The notes under the pieces are model-generated. The model had not been told where the DNA came from. It did no database searches and saw nothing but the letters and a program-made list of their open reading frames with translations. Positions 36,402 to 49,279 of a stretch of DNA of 64,000 nucleotides are shown here, piece by piece; the stretch's first letter is position 1; each line of letters begins with the position of its first letter. The stretch is from Octopus vulgaris. Taxonomy: Eukaryota. A program made the translations under genes and the position numbers. The DNA is taken from NCBI GenBank assembly GCA_951406725.2, contig OX597817.1, positions 144,522,001 through 144,586,000 on the forward strand, in the 5' to 3' direction.

Positions 36402-39400
36402 GTAAGTCCTAACATTGCATTCATGAATAATCAGTTGACAATTTGTTTTTGTTTGTTTTCTTTTCCATTACCAGCTTTTAAAAAAAAAAATCAAATATAC
36501 CTGTAACCCGCTCACACTCACTATCTCCGCCTCCACCTCCTTGTTGATTCACCAACAAACATATCCAGTCGTTGTTTATTATATTTAACTTTTATTCGAC
36601 ATACGTTGCTTGTCTTGTCTTACGACGAGTTTTTAATTTACCAGAGCAATCTAAAACCTCATTATGATTATAAACCCCCCTCAAGTTTATATAAGTGTGG
36701 GCCATTGACCCAGCATTTTCCCTCTCTACGGCCTTCATCTGCCGCCTCTAATCTCATGTCAACAGTACTTGTTATGCTTCTCTTGCAGTGACCTTAACTG
36801 CTATTTACCCATACGAGTGCCAATGGTTTCTGCTATAGGCCGCTCCCCACCTCTCTCTCCATTTCACTTTAGTTATCAACAAGTGTCCTCTTCGTTTCAC
36901 CTTTCAGTAACTGGTGACATCGTTTTACTCATTACATTTCACCGTCGTAAGATATAAAACGAGAGGTGGGTGGGGGGGCAAAGGAACTAGGGGATTAAAA
37001 TTATTTCAGAATTCAGGATCAAATTTCACATTACTCGGTTTAAAATATTTCTTTAATTTATTTTTCATTATAAAGACAAAAACGAACTTCCATTGCCGTT
37101 GTCATTATGTGATGTCATTTGTTTTTCTTTTTTACAAGTTAAAGTTAAGGAAATATTATTACTATAAATCATTCAATATTTCTGTTGGTTGAAAGAGAAA
37201 TAATGAAAGAATGAAAAGCAGTCGATCGTCTAATATATTTGCTTTGGAACAGACACAACCCAGTTTTCTAATAAACGATCACCTGTTGATTATACCTTCA
37301 TACCTGCAAATTACTTACGACAAACAAGTGTTTGCTAATTAAAATTATATGCTCAACACGCGCTGCGTGTAAGCATCTAATTACATTACACTTAGATACG
37401 ATTTTCGTTGCATTTACGAAATTCCTGTGAATATTGTATACACATAGATGCATGTGTGTGTGTGTTAAGTGTTGATCGTCGAAAAAGAAAAGATAGCATA
37501 ACAGATTAATAATACTTTTTAGTTGAGTTAGTCTGTTGCTAATCGTTTTCTTTTAATGAAGGCAAGGTGCCAAATTTTAAGTGAACATGACTTTGTATCT
37601 ATATAATCCGTGTGACGTACTGTTTTGCCGCCGTTGAGGTTGCTCCCTATTATTTTGTTTTTCCTTGTGACCTTTCTTCCAACAAGTAACAAACATAAAA
37701 ATAAAAACTGAATTGAAAGAAAAAAAAAAACCTGAAGCAAAGGCTCCCTGTGGTGACTGACATATTGCAACAGGTAAATGAAAGGTGTATCAGTGAAACA
37801 GGTATTCACTACGTGTAGTTAAAAGCTTTTTTATTTATTTATCGGACTAAACAGAGCATACTGTTTCTTTTTCCTTACAAAATTTAAATACATTGATCTG
37901 TTTACCTGTCTCTGCTTTATATTTTATCGAGAATTACCGACAGCCCCCTAAAACATTTCTAAAAGCAATTAAGCACAAACAGGTAAAGCTGGAAAATGTT
38001 TAGTCATAATTGTAATAAATAACAAAAACAATAATAGACAAAATTTGTGACATATTTCAGCTACTGTGTGTTTTTAATGACCTATTTCTAATTTATCGAA
38101 ATGTTTTGGTCCTAGTATTGTATCGGATACATTACTACTAGGCTGTGTATATTCATTTCATTATCGCTTTCAACTGAATAGTTTTTTTTATGAACTTCGT
38201 CGGTGGATCTTGTGTTGTAACTATTCTCTGCTTTGAATAATTTAAGAGTGAGAAAAAAAAATTCCTTTTGCTATTTCCATTACAAGATTGTTACTGACTA
38301 AAGTACATAAGCTTTTTAAAATCATGTTTCGGTATTGTTAGGATCTTGCAAATAAGCAGTGCTTTTTCATTGAATAATATGTTTAAAGGTTGTTTGGTAA
38401 AAATGGGTGTGGATTCCACCCACAATGAATAACTCACATTGGTTCATTGTAAACGGGTACATTTTATGTTGTATTTATTTTTCATTAAGTTTTTTTTTCG
38501 TGTCCAAATCTTTGGGATGGTCATCATATGTATGTTTGTTATAACGATTCTTTCTGCTTCCAAACGTTTTCAAAATGTTAACAGCCTTACTTTGGAATGG
38601 AATCAATGCTCGATCGAATTCTTCTTTCTGAAGAGAACCAGGTTTAAAGAGCACTTGAAAATTATTGATTTCGATGGATAATGGTAATAACAGATGATAA
38701 ATATGCTTTGTGTGCAAATGAATTTAAGTGTTAATTAAGTGCAATTTCTATAATTATTTGCTTATTGTTCAGTTCTAAGTGAAACTCGGTTGAATTAAAA
38801 AGTTACATGTTTTAAATGGAAGTGGAGGCTAGTATAAAGTTAAAACCGGAGAGAAAACCATGCGGAATTATTATTTTTGGCCTTGATGTCAAATCTGACG
38901 CGCGGTCAACAGCCAAAAGTTACGTAACGTTTGGTGTCAATCCATTTCCAGTTGCAAACGGTAAACGTTTGTCAGAGCTGTCAGCAGCAACTCTGCTAGC
39001 AGAAGGAAGAAGACAAGCAATCTGTCGTCTCCAACTATAGCTTCGTTTTCAACAATGGATTGGTTGACGGCGGGGAAGAGAGGGAGTGGATGAAGGGTGG
39101 GGGTGCATTAAAAATGACCAAAGCGACAATGGTAATAGTTCGTTCGTCAGCCGAGACACACAGACACACATGTACACGTGTGAGTGCGTGACACGTGCAC
39201 ACACATGCACGTGCTCGCACGCACACGTGCAACATACATTCGCAGACACATATGCATGCAGCTACCACTTTGCACCAGCATCGAAAACGTCTGTTACCCT
39301 TGCATATGCAATTTAAAGTTGCATATTGGGCGAATACATGCATATTCCTATCTTACGCCAAAAATTTAGTTGCATGCTTGCATTTTCATGACAAAGCCGT

Positions 39401-41469
39401 TTGGAAGTCTTAAAATCGTCCTCTTTAATTCTTCATCTCACCCCTCACTCCCCTTATTTAAAATTCATGGTACAGCTAGCTTTTGCATTGTTCCTTCCAT
39501 ACAACAACACATATTCCTGTACCTAAACTATCGCTTTCTCCACATTAATATTTCTGGCGATGTCATTAAACAGAAAAATAATCTTGATACAAACAAGATG
39601 CATACAATGTTGTGCTGTGTTAATGGCTCTCTTTTCCCTTCTTTTTTCACAAATGCTAATCTGAAATCCGTACCTTTTTGCAAAAGATTTTATGTCAAAA
39701 TTCCTCCTCTTTCGTCATTTTTTCTTTATTATTATTATTATTATTATGCAATGCCGCGAACTTAACGCCATTATATTTCTGATACTATCTCTACACCATC
39801 TTTTGCTTCCATTGTGCTTTTTTTTTCCCTCTCTTCACCCCTCCCGCTTTCTAAGCTCCATCTCATTCTTATCGCAGTCATTATATTTGAAGATGTCCTA
39901 TAAATGTCTCTTGTCTCGTTGACTTCATAATGCATTGTCTCCGAAAAATGCATTTGCTTCCACAATTCCACTTTGCATCTATTACGTATTTCAAAAAGCA
40001 GGTGGCTCTCACCCCTCTCCGCCTCTTTGTTTTAGGTTACCTTTTAACTCAGAAGCAAACATTCTAACATACAAAAAAAAAAATGGAATTGCTTAATGAA
40101 AGAATATATTCATTGTAGAATAATTTTGGCGTTGCAATCTCTACAAGGGAAAGCAGCAGCCGTTCTGTTAATCTTCTTTCGAGTTGACAGTAAATCTAAT
40201 TAGTTTTTAATTCATCCAGACATCACGCATTGGCACAGACGTCTTAATGTCAAACCATTATGGACAATCTCTGTTGTTTTTCTTCTTTTTTAAAATTTTT
40301 TTTATTTATTTATCAAACTGGGCGAATGTTTTCTACCTGTATTTGTATTCTGGTGGTTAACTGAAGAATTTTATAAGTCTGTCAAGCCATAAATGTCGTC
40401 TTAAATAATTCTGTTGAGAGTTAGTGTCATCAACCCCAGCAGAAAAGCTTTTCTAGGTCTTTAAATTTTTTTGTTTGTTTTTTTTTTGTTTTTAGACAAA
40501 TACTAGAATATCATAGCAGATGGAACTACTAACGCTTTGGTGTCAGTGACATTTCTAGGCATTTGTATTTTTGGGTTTTTCAAACGTAGATTGTTTTATT
40601 TATTTATTTATTTATTTATTTGTTGTTGCTTTCTTACTTTTGATATCTATTCATCCCTTGGTTCAGTTTTGCAGTTGCTGTCATTCGAAGTCCCATATCT
40701 TATCGAGAAGGAAAAGGGGAAAGCTTCCCTTCCTTATTTAGCATTTCTGTGACTTGTGCAACCAAAATTACGATTCTGAAAATATTTTTGCCAAAAATTT
40801 CAATACATTCTCTACTGCACCACCCACTTCCGTACCTTATCCATTCTTCATAAGGTATGATGCTTCAAGGGTCACATAAACATCACCCATTCCTTGCTCT
40901 AAGTGACCTCCCACTTTATTTTTTGTAGTATTCCTCAAATTCGCTACAGCATACCAATAGTTGTAAATGCGTTCAAATCGTTGGTTCTTTGAGCAATAAA
41001 CAACGAATCTATTTCCGAGGCAGAGATGTTGTAGACAGTCTTTGAGCTTACCTATTGCTTTTACTATTCTGCTAGGTGCCAGACAGAGCGTAATGCTTTC
41101 TTCTGGATCATACTGGGGGCAAAGCTGGGGAAATTCTGTTGCCTGCCTAATTTTGGCTAATGTATATACTTAAAAAAAAAACTCCTCGTATCACTTGATA
41201 TCTATTTTTCCATGCTTGCATGGGTCAGACGGAATTTGCTGAAGTATATTTTCTATGGCTGGATGCCCTTCTTGTTTTCAAGTGTGGCAATATTTCCCAT
41301 GTCCAGAAATGTTATTCATGGAAAACTGGAAATCAAACGCACACAGACACATTTTGTAGAAGTTACAGTGACTCAAGAGCTGAGAGTTTCATATGTTGGC
41401 ACTATATATATGTATATATATATACTCATGTTTTGAATTTTATTTTCCAGTTTGCATCACCAAAACTAG

Positions 41470-41833
41470 CTTGCTTACCACCACATGGTTCTGGGTTCAG
41501 TCCTACTGCATGGCACCTTGGGCATGTGTCTTCTACTGTAGCCTCGAGCCGACCAAAGCCATATGAGTGTATTTGGTAGATGGAAACTGAAAGAAGCCCG
41601 TCGTATATATGTATATATATATATGTGTGTGTATATGTTTGTGTGTCTGTGTTTGTCCGACATCGCTTGACAACCGATGCTGATGTATTTATGTCCCCGT
41701 AACTTAGCGGTTCAGCAAAAGAGACCGATAGAATAAGTACTAGGCTTACAAAGAATAAGTCCTGTGGTGGATTTCTTCGAATAGAGGTGGTGCTCCTACA
41801 TGGCCACAGTCAAATAACTGAAACAAGTAAAGA
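41470..41833 (+). mobile_element. SINE family A copy (first TE downstream of the MAGI island)
   Basis: Slightly 5'-truncated family match. Confidence 0.88.
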
Positions 41834-41834
41834 A

Positions 41835-41884
<50 letters not shown>

Positions 41885-42201
41885 AATGTTTGTTTCTTAT
41901 GTTGTTATGATAATAAAAACAATTTTACGTTACTCCATATTTTTGTAGAGTACAAATTTAGTATTCTTAAACAAGAATATTTATTTCTTTACTACCCACA
42001 GGGGACAAACAAGGACAGACAAAGGGATTAAGTCGATTACAGCAACCCCAGTGTGTAACTGGTACTTATTTAATTGACCCCGAAAGGATGAAAGGCAAAG
42101 TTGACCTCAGCAGAATTTGAACTCAGAATTTAATGGCAGATGAAATACCCTAACCATTTTGCCCAGCATGCTAATGATTCTGCCAGCACGCTGCCCTTTC
42201 C

Positions 42202-42340
42202 TTAAATGACAATATTATTGATAATGACTTCGAAGTTTCATCCAGTTCAGCCAGTGTTGGACTGCTTGAAAATGACAATCCAATGATGGGTTAGCTTGCT
42301 GAAACTTCGAAGTTACTGTCAATAATATTCTTGTTTAAAT
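42202..42340. mobile_element. Decayed inverted repeat with hammerhead remnant (42274-42320)
   Basis: AATATTATTGATAATGACTTCGAAGTTTCA pairs with TGAAACTTCGAAGTTACTGTCAATAATATT. The plus strand reads GACAAT-CCAATGA-...-GAAA-CTTCGAAG-TT-ACTGTC, with palindromic stem III ACTTCGAAGT. Confidence 0.5.
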
Positions 42341-42687
42341 ATAATACACACACACACACACACACACAACAGGCTTCTTTCAGTTTCCTTTTAGCAAATC
42401 CACTCACAAAGTTTTGGTTGACTCGGTGCTAGAATAGAAGACACTTGATGCTACACAAAGCTGAAAGCACATAATTGGCAAGTAAGCTTCTTACAAAACA
42501 GTCCCATCTGCGCCTTATATGAACATTTTGCAAAACAAACAAATTGGGGACAGTTTAAAATAAATAGATATCTCCATAATTATTTGATATTGATAACTTA
42601 ATACTTTCATAATTGTTTCAAGTTGGTTGAGTGATATAAAGGAAATTAAACCAAAGAGATCATCGGTTTTAGATTGACTTCTCTGTT

Positions 42688-42900
42688 TACTCTTTTACTT
42701 GTTTCAGTCATTTGATTGTGGCCACCTTTAGTTGAGCAAATCAACCCCAGGGCTTATTCTTTGTAAGCCTAGCACTTAGTCTATCGGTCTCTTTTGCCAA
42801 ACCGCTAAGTTAAGGGGACGTAAACACACCAGCACCGGTTGTCAAGCGATGTTGGGGGACAAACAACAACACACAAACATACACACACACACATACATAC

Positions 42901-42939
<39 letters not shown>

Positions 42940-43101
42940 CGGGCTTCTTTCAGTTTCCGTCTACCAAATCCACTGACAAGGCTTTGGTCGGCCTGAGGCT
43001 ATAGTAGAAGACACTTGCCCAAGGTGCCATGCAGTGGGACTGAACCCAGAACCATGTGGTTGGTAAGTAAGCTACTTACCACACAGCCACTCCTACGCCT
43101 A
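42688..43101 (-). mobile_element. SINE family A copy
   Basis: Full-length reverse match. Confidence 0.9.
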
Positions 43102-43689
43102 TGTTGAGTTTGTGTACTTCATCTCGTCCCTGTTCCTCTCATTAGACCAATCTTTGTACTACTATTAACTATATTGTCTCTTCATTGCTAAATAAACACA
43201 ATTGCAGGCATGACTTTGTGGTTGGGAAGCATGCTCTGTACCCACATGGTTCCAGGTTCAGTCCTACTATATGACACCTTGGACAAGCGTTTTCTACTAT
43301 GGCTCCAGGCCGACCAATACCTGTGAATGAATTTGGTAGACAGAAGGTGGAAATTGTGTGGAATCCCATCATGTGTGTGTGTGTGAGTGCCTTTGTTTGA
43401 TCCCCCCACCTATCACTTGACAACTGGTGTTGGTTTGTTTATGTCCCTCTAACCTAAGTTTTGGCAAGTGAGGTTAATGGAATAAGTACCAAACAGAAAA
43501 AAGATAAAATCCTGGGGTCAATTTGTTTGACTGGACCCTTTAAGGTGGTGCTCCAGCATGGCTACAGTCAGTGACTGCAACAAGTAAAAGATAAAAGGAT
43601 GGTTATTTCAGAAATAAGTGTATTATTTTAATTTCTCTTTACACCTATATCATATCATTTGCATCTTTTGTTTCCATGGAGCCATATGA

Positions 43690-44062
43690 AAAAGCACCAC
43701 CTGTGTGGGTGCCATGTTAAAAGCACCTGTGTGGATGCTGTGTAGAAAGCACCTGTGTGGGTGCCATGTAGAAAGCACCTGTATGGGTGCCATGTAAAAA
43801 GCACCTGTGTGGGTGCCATGTAGAAAGCACCTGTATGGGTGCCATGTAGAAAGCACCTGTATGGGTGCCATGTAAAAAGCACCTGTGTGGGTGCCATGTA
43901 AAAAGCACCTGTGTGGGTGCCATGTAAAAAGCACCTGTGTGGGTACCACGTAAAAAGCACCTGTTTGGGTGCCACATAAAACGCACCTATTTGGGTGTCA
44001 CATTAGCACATATATGGGTGCCACATAAAAATCACCTGTGTGGGTGCTATGTAAAAAGCACC
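43690..44062. repeat. 26-bp minisatellite (AAAGCACCTGTGTGGGTGCCATGTAR)n, about 14 units
   Basis: Visible tandem units upstream of a (GAT)n-family 3' end. Confidence 0.92.
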
Positions 44063-47000
44063 CTCTGTAAAGTGACTGGCATTAGGAAGGGCATCCTGCC
44101 ATAAAAACCAAACCAAAACAGACAGCTTGAGCTTGGTCAAACTATCCAACCCATGCCAGCATGGAAAAATGGACCATTAAATGATGATGAGGATGATGTG
44201 TGCATGCCATCTTTATTTGTTTTCCATAAATAGAATCAGTTGCTGCACATTTTCTTCCCATTTTCTTATGTGTGTTCAAATGCGATGTCAATGTTGTACG
44301 TCACCCTACAAAACCTGGTCGTCCTGTTAGATTTGCCCTCTGCCTTTCCTCATTCTTATCTTTTTTGCAGAACATGCGGCTGTAAGGCCTTTTGTCTTTT
44401 TCTTTTTTCAGTCATTTGACTGCGGCCATGCTGGAGCAGTGCCTTGAAAAGATTTTTGTTGAACAATTTGACCCCAGGACATTTTTTTTTTTTTTTTTTT
44501 AAATCTGGTACTTATTTTATCAGTCTCTTTTGCCAAACCATAGGGATGTAAACAAACCAGTGCCAATTATCAAGCAAAGCAGGTGGGACACAAAGCACAT
44601 AGGCATATTTGATGGACTTCCACATAATCTCCATCTGTGAAATATACTCACAAGGTGTTGCTTAACCTGGGGCTATGGAAGAAGACATTTCCCAAGTTGC
44701 TGCGCTGTGTGATTGAACCTAAATCCATGTGGTTTCAAAACAAGCTTCTTAACCACACATCCACACTTGCATCAAATTTCTCAGCAAGAAACTTTTCCAC
44801 TCAATTATTTCCACTTCCGTTCCACCAACCAATATTGGTAAATAAATAGTGTTTAACATAAGATTCTTCATCCTATCAGATATCTTTGAATTGTTATCTT
44901 TTAAAAGCTTCACTATTGAGATTACATTATTGCTGATTGTCTTGATACATCATGATTACCATACTTAACTTTTAGTGCCATTATCTTTAAATTCTTGATG
45001 GAATGTCTTCAATAACAACGAGCTGTGTTTACCCAGCCATAAACACGTTGCCATAGTTACTACTTTAATTAAATAACTACTTTAACTAAGGCATAGCAAT
45101 CAACATATTAACAGATGCAGTTTATTTGGTACAGTTTCTTAGTACCTGCCACCACCAAGTGTACTCCCAGAGATATTATGGATATTTACCTTTAAATTAT
45201 TCCACAGAGTCAAAATATTTTGTCTAATGGCAGTTTATTAACCGTGATCTTCAATTAGAACTTATCTCTCAGCATTTATGCAACCTAAAGTTTGAAATTG
45301 CATTTTATGCATTTTTGTATTAATCTCGTGATTGGCCAGTCTGTCGGATGTTGTTATACATCGGTGGTCACAATGCGCTTTGTATCAGCTTAGCTTTTAA
45401 ATGATGCCACCTCACTGGTTAGGAGGCAAGCAGGCCACTGGGTTACGCATTTACAGCTGAGTGGATTGGCGCAATAGGAAATGAAGTATTTTGCTCAAGA
45501 ACACAGTGCATAGCCAGTCTGGGAGTGGAAACCACAATATCAGGATCAAAAGTGCAACATGCCTAACCAGTAGACATTTTATATACAGAAACTGCACTGA
45601 ATTGGTTGAAATCTGTAAAAACAAAGGCTGGGAGGCTTTGTGTCGCACTGACTCTCCCTGAGAACTATGTTAAGTATACACATGTCTGTGGAGTGCTCAA
45701 CCATTTGCACATTAATTTCACGAGCAGGCTGTTCCATCGATGGGAATTTCTCATTTATCTTATACTGACATTTTAACATTTCTATATGTAAAATTTGCTG
45801 TATTTTGGGAGGGTCATTATGTTAATAATACGCACATTCACTGATTCTATTTCACTTTATTTTTTATTTGTTAGTTGGTTAATCATCTATCCAACTAACT
45901 TAAAGATTGTTTGATTAATTGTTCAGTTCATCAATCAGCTGGGTTTGTCAGAGTCCCTTCATTGCTGTCCATGACCTCATTAACGGCATACTCTCTCTCT
46001 CTCTCTGGCCTAATGATCATAAAAAGAAGTTAAATAAAACCAGTGCATGTGTTTATTATTAGCATAATGACCCTCCCAAGAAAAACCAAGTTCTATTTCA
46101 ACCACATGAGTTTACATCAAGAGTCTTGCAAACCAAATAGAAAAATGAAATATGATGAAATTCATTTTATTTTAAGACAGAAAAAAAATCATCTTTGCAC
46201 TCATGAACATAAGATTTTTTTAATTATTTTTTTCTATATTCTTCATTAGCAGAACTGTTGGAAAAATAATGATAAAATTTGTAAAAAAATAAAAAAATGA
46301 AGGATATTCTTCACATATTCAGGAAGAAACGGTATTGGGAAGAGTAATAGATAGCTCTCTTATTAATAGCATAAAAATAAAGAATAGTTTACAGCAAAAA
46401 TTCTTTTCTGGTTCATTTTTTTTTTTTTACATATTCTAAATATTTTCTATAGCTATACCTTATGCAAGACTGTATGTAAATGTGTATGTATGTGGTTTTG
46501 GTTTGAGAAATTGCATGTTGTATAACAATAATTGAAGTTCCCAACAAAAAATTCAAAGTAGATGTGATACTGCCTTTCTCAAATAGAAATACATATAAAT
46601 AAATATGTTGTTCTATTTTGGCATTCAGTAGTTTTTTTTTTGTTTTTTTTTAATAATTTTTGTACAAATCACATACAGTTGCTACATATATGTTATCATC
46701 ATCATACGTCCACTTTTCCATGCGTGCACAGGTCAGATGGAATTTGTGAGGCAGATTTTCTTTGGTCAGATACCCTCCCTGTCACCGACCTGCACCACCT
46801 ATTTCCAAGCTAGGCAATATTTCCTCATGACTAGACATATTTTGGGTTGTAAACAAGTATCACTGTCATATAAGCGATGTTGTTCATTTCCGGACTTCCA
46901 TGATGTGAAGACAAGAGTATACACACACAGGCTTTATCTAACATCTACCAATCACAAGAGTTTCCTTGACCCGGGGCTGTAACGAAGACACTTGCCCAAG

Positions 47001-47285
47001 GAGTCATACAGTGTGATTAGACCCAGAAGCAGGCTTCTTAATTACACAGCTGCACTTTAAACCTTAAACTGCATGACGAATAATCAATGTCTAGAACACC
47101 ATTTGTATTTCTGTTCATGATTTGTAATTGTATCCTTTGTTAAGAGATCCAGGTTTGAATGTTATACAGAGTATTTGGAGAAAGCAAAACAAATCAAGAG
47201 AGATTGTTTATGATATTTGCTTACGTATATTTCATTAACATAGGGTCATTATTAGTTATATGATGCAAATTACATAAGCAAAATT

Positions 47286-47475
47286 TAATGTCAAATCATC
47301 AGAGATGTGTAACACACATATGTAACATTACTGGATTGGAAAGATGACAGAATTCACAATTGTGGAGATAGTTGGCCTGGAGTTGCTAGTCATCTCTGTT
47401 ATGATGAATTCTGTCATCCTTTAAATCCAATAATGTTACAAATAAAAGTCACTCATCTCTGATGATTTGACATTA
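47286..47475. repeat. 190-bp imperfect foldback hairpin
   Basis: TAATGTCAAATCATCAGAGATG...GTAACATTA...GGATT...GATGACAGAATTCA mirrored by TGAATTCTGTCATC...AATCC...TAATGTTAC...CATCTCTGATGATTTGACATTA. Confidence 0.8.
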
Positions 47476-49279
47476 GTTATATAATGCATATTACATTATC
47501 AAGACTCAATCACCTTACATTAATGAAATGTCTGTAAGATGGTGTAGCTAAATGTCTTATAAGTAATATCATTATTTTTTCTATATGTGTAGGTGTACAT
47601 GCATGTATATATGTATGTATGTATGTATGTTTGTATGTATGTGTGTGTGTTCCAATTGGGATTGAAAATACTAGTTTCTCAAACATACTAATCATAGATT
47701 CAGCTATTCATGATATTGATTCTAAACTTAGTAATGTTTGTTATTTATGATAATCATATTCATCTTATTCTTGAAAATTTAGATTTCAGTTCATTATTTC
47801 AATAAGATGTTTTTGTTATCAAATTAAACATCTAGAAATTGTTTGCATCATTTTCATCGATGATGATTAAACTTGCTTCAACCCTGCTACAATGGAAAAC
47901 TTTTTGTCCTTCAGTTTTATTCTCTTTTACTTGTTTCAGTCATTTGTCGAGCAAATTGACCCCAGGACTTATTCATTGTAAGCCTAGTACTTATTCTATC
48001 AGTCTCTTTTGCTGAACCACTAAGTTATGGGGATGCAAACACACCAGCATCAGTTGTCAAACGATGGTTGGGGGACAACACACAGATAATTTCTTGTTAA
48101 TGTTTGATATACCAAATCTACTCACAAGGCTTTGGTCAGCTCGAGTCCTATCTAAACATTGCATGAGATATTTCACCACTTGATTGTAATCTTGTTAATG
48201 TTTGATACAGAAATCTACCTCATGAGATATTTCACCACTTGATTGTAATCATTTTGACACAACGTATTTGACTTTATTTCAATAGTATATTTGGAGACCT
48301 CCTTCGGTCATGAATAACCTTGGGATTGCAACTAGAAAGTTCCCTCACCAAGGCACAAGTCCAGGCAAGGTTGTTTATGGAACAATAGCAGTCATCCATG
48401 CATACCAGCCTCCCCTCTTCATGCCACCAATGTTATCCAAGGGAAAGGCAAACACTGATACAGCTTGGCACCATTGACATTGCAACTCATTTTTACAGGT
48501 GAGTGATCTGGTGCAACATGAAATAGTGTCTTGCTCAAGAACATAGCTTACTGCCTGGTCCAGGAATTGAACTCATTACCTCATGATTGTGAACCTGATA
48601 CTCTAACCTCTGAGCCATGGAAACCTAATTAGCTATCACCCACTTCTGTATACAACAGGTGGGAGATAAAGACAAAAACCCCTTACTAATGTTTATCAGT
48701 ATTAATTATACTTCCTATCAGATTGCAGTCATATCTCTGTAAGGAAAAAGGGAAAGAAAGAGACCTTTTCACAGAATTTAGTCATACTGGCTTTATTAGA
48801 AGAGTATTTTAATTATCAAATTGAAAGATAACGAAGAAATATTAAGGTGAGTCCTGAAGTGGATACAGATATAAACAAACTTCTGTGCCGGTTTGCATCC
48901 CCCACGTGATCTTTGCCCCTTTTTTTTTTCCCATTCAAGGGGCTTTTTTTAACCCTGTATATTACATGCTTTTAATCACTGCACTCACTCTGAGAATCCA
49001 CCTTGAAAGCTTATTTCGCATCTTCTCAGAGTTTCTACAATTTCATGATTTAACCTTTTTATTGCCATATTTCTGCCTTTTTGTTTCTGTTGATTCGAAA
49101 ATTATGCAGAATTTGGTAGAATAAATTTCTCATTATTTAGCTGCTGTTTGGAATAAATTAACATGAAATTTTGATGGAAAGTGTTAATTTGAATCACTTT
49201 AAAACAGGAAGTTGGTATTACACACCTAGGGGTGTCCTCAGGAGGTTTGGTATCCAAAAGGTTAATAATATTGTTTTAT

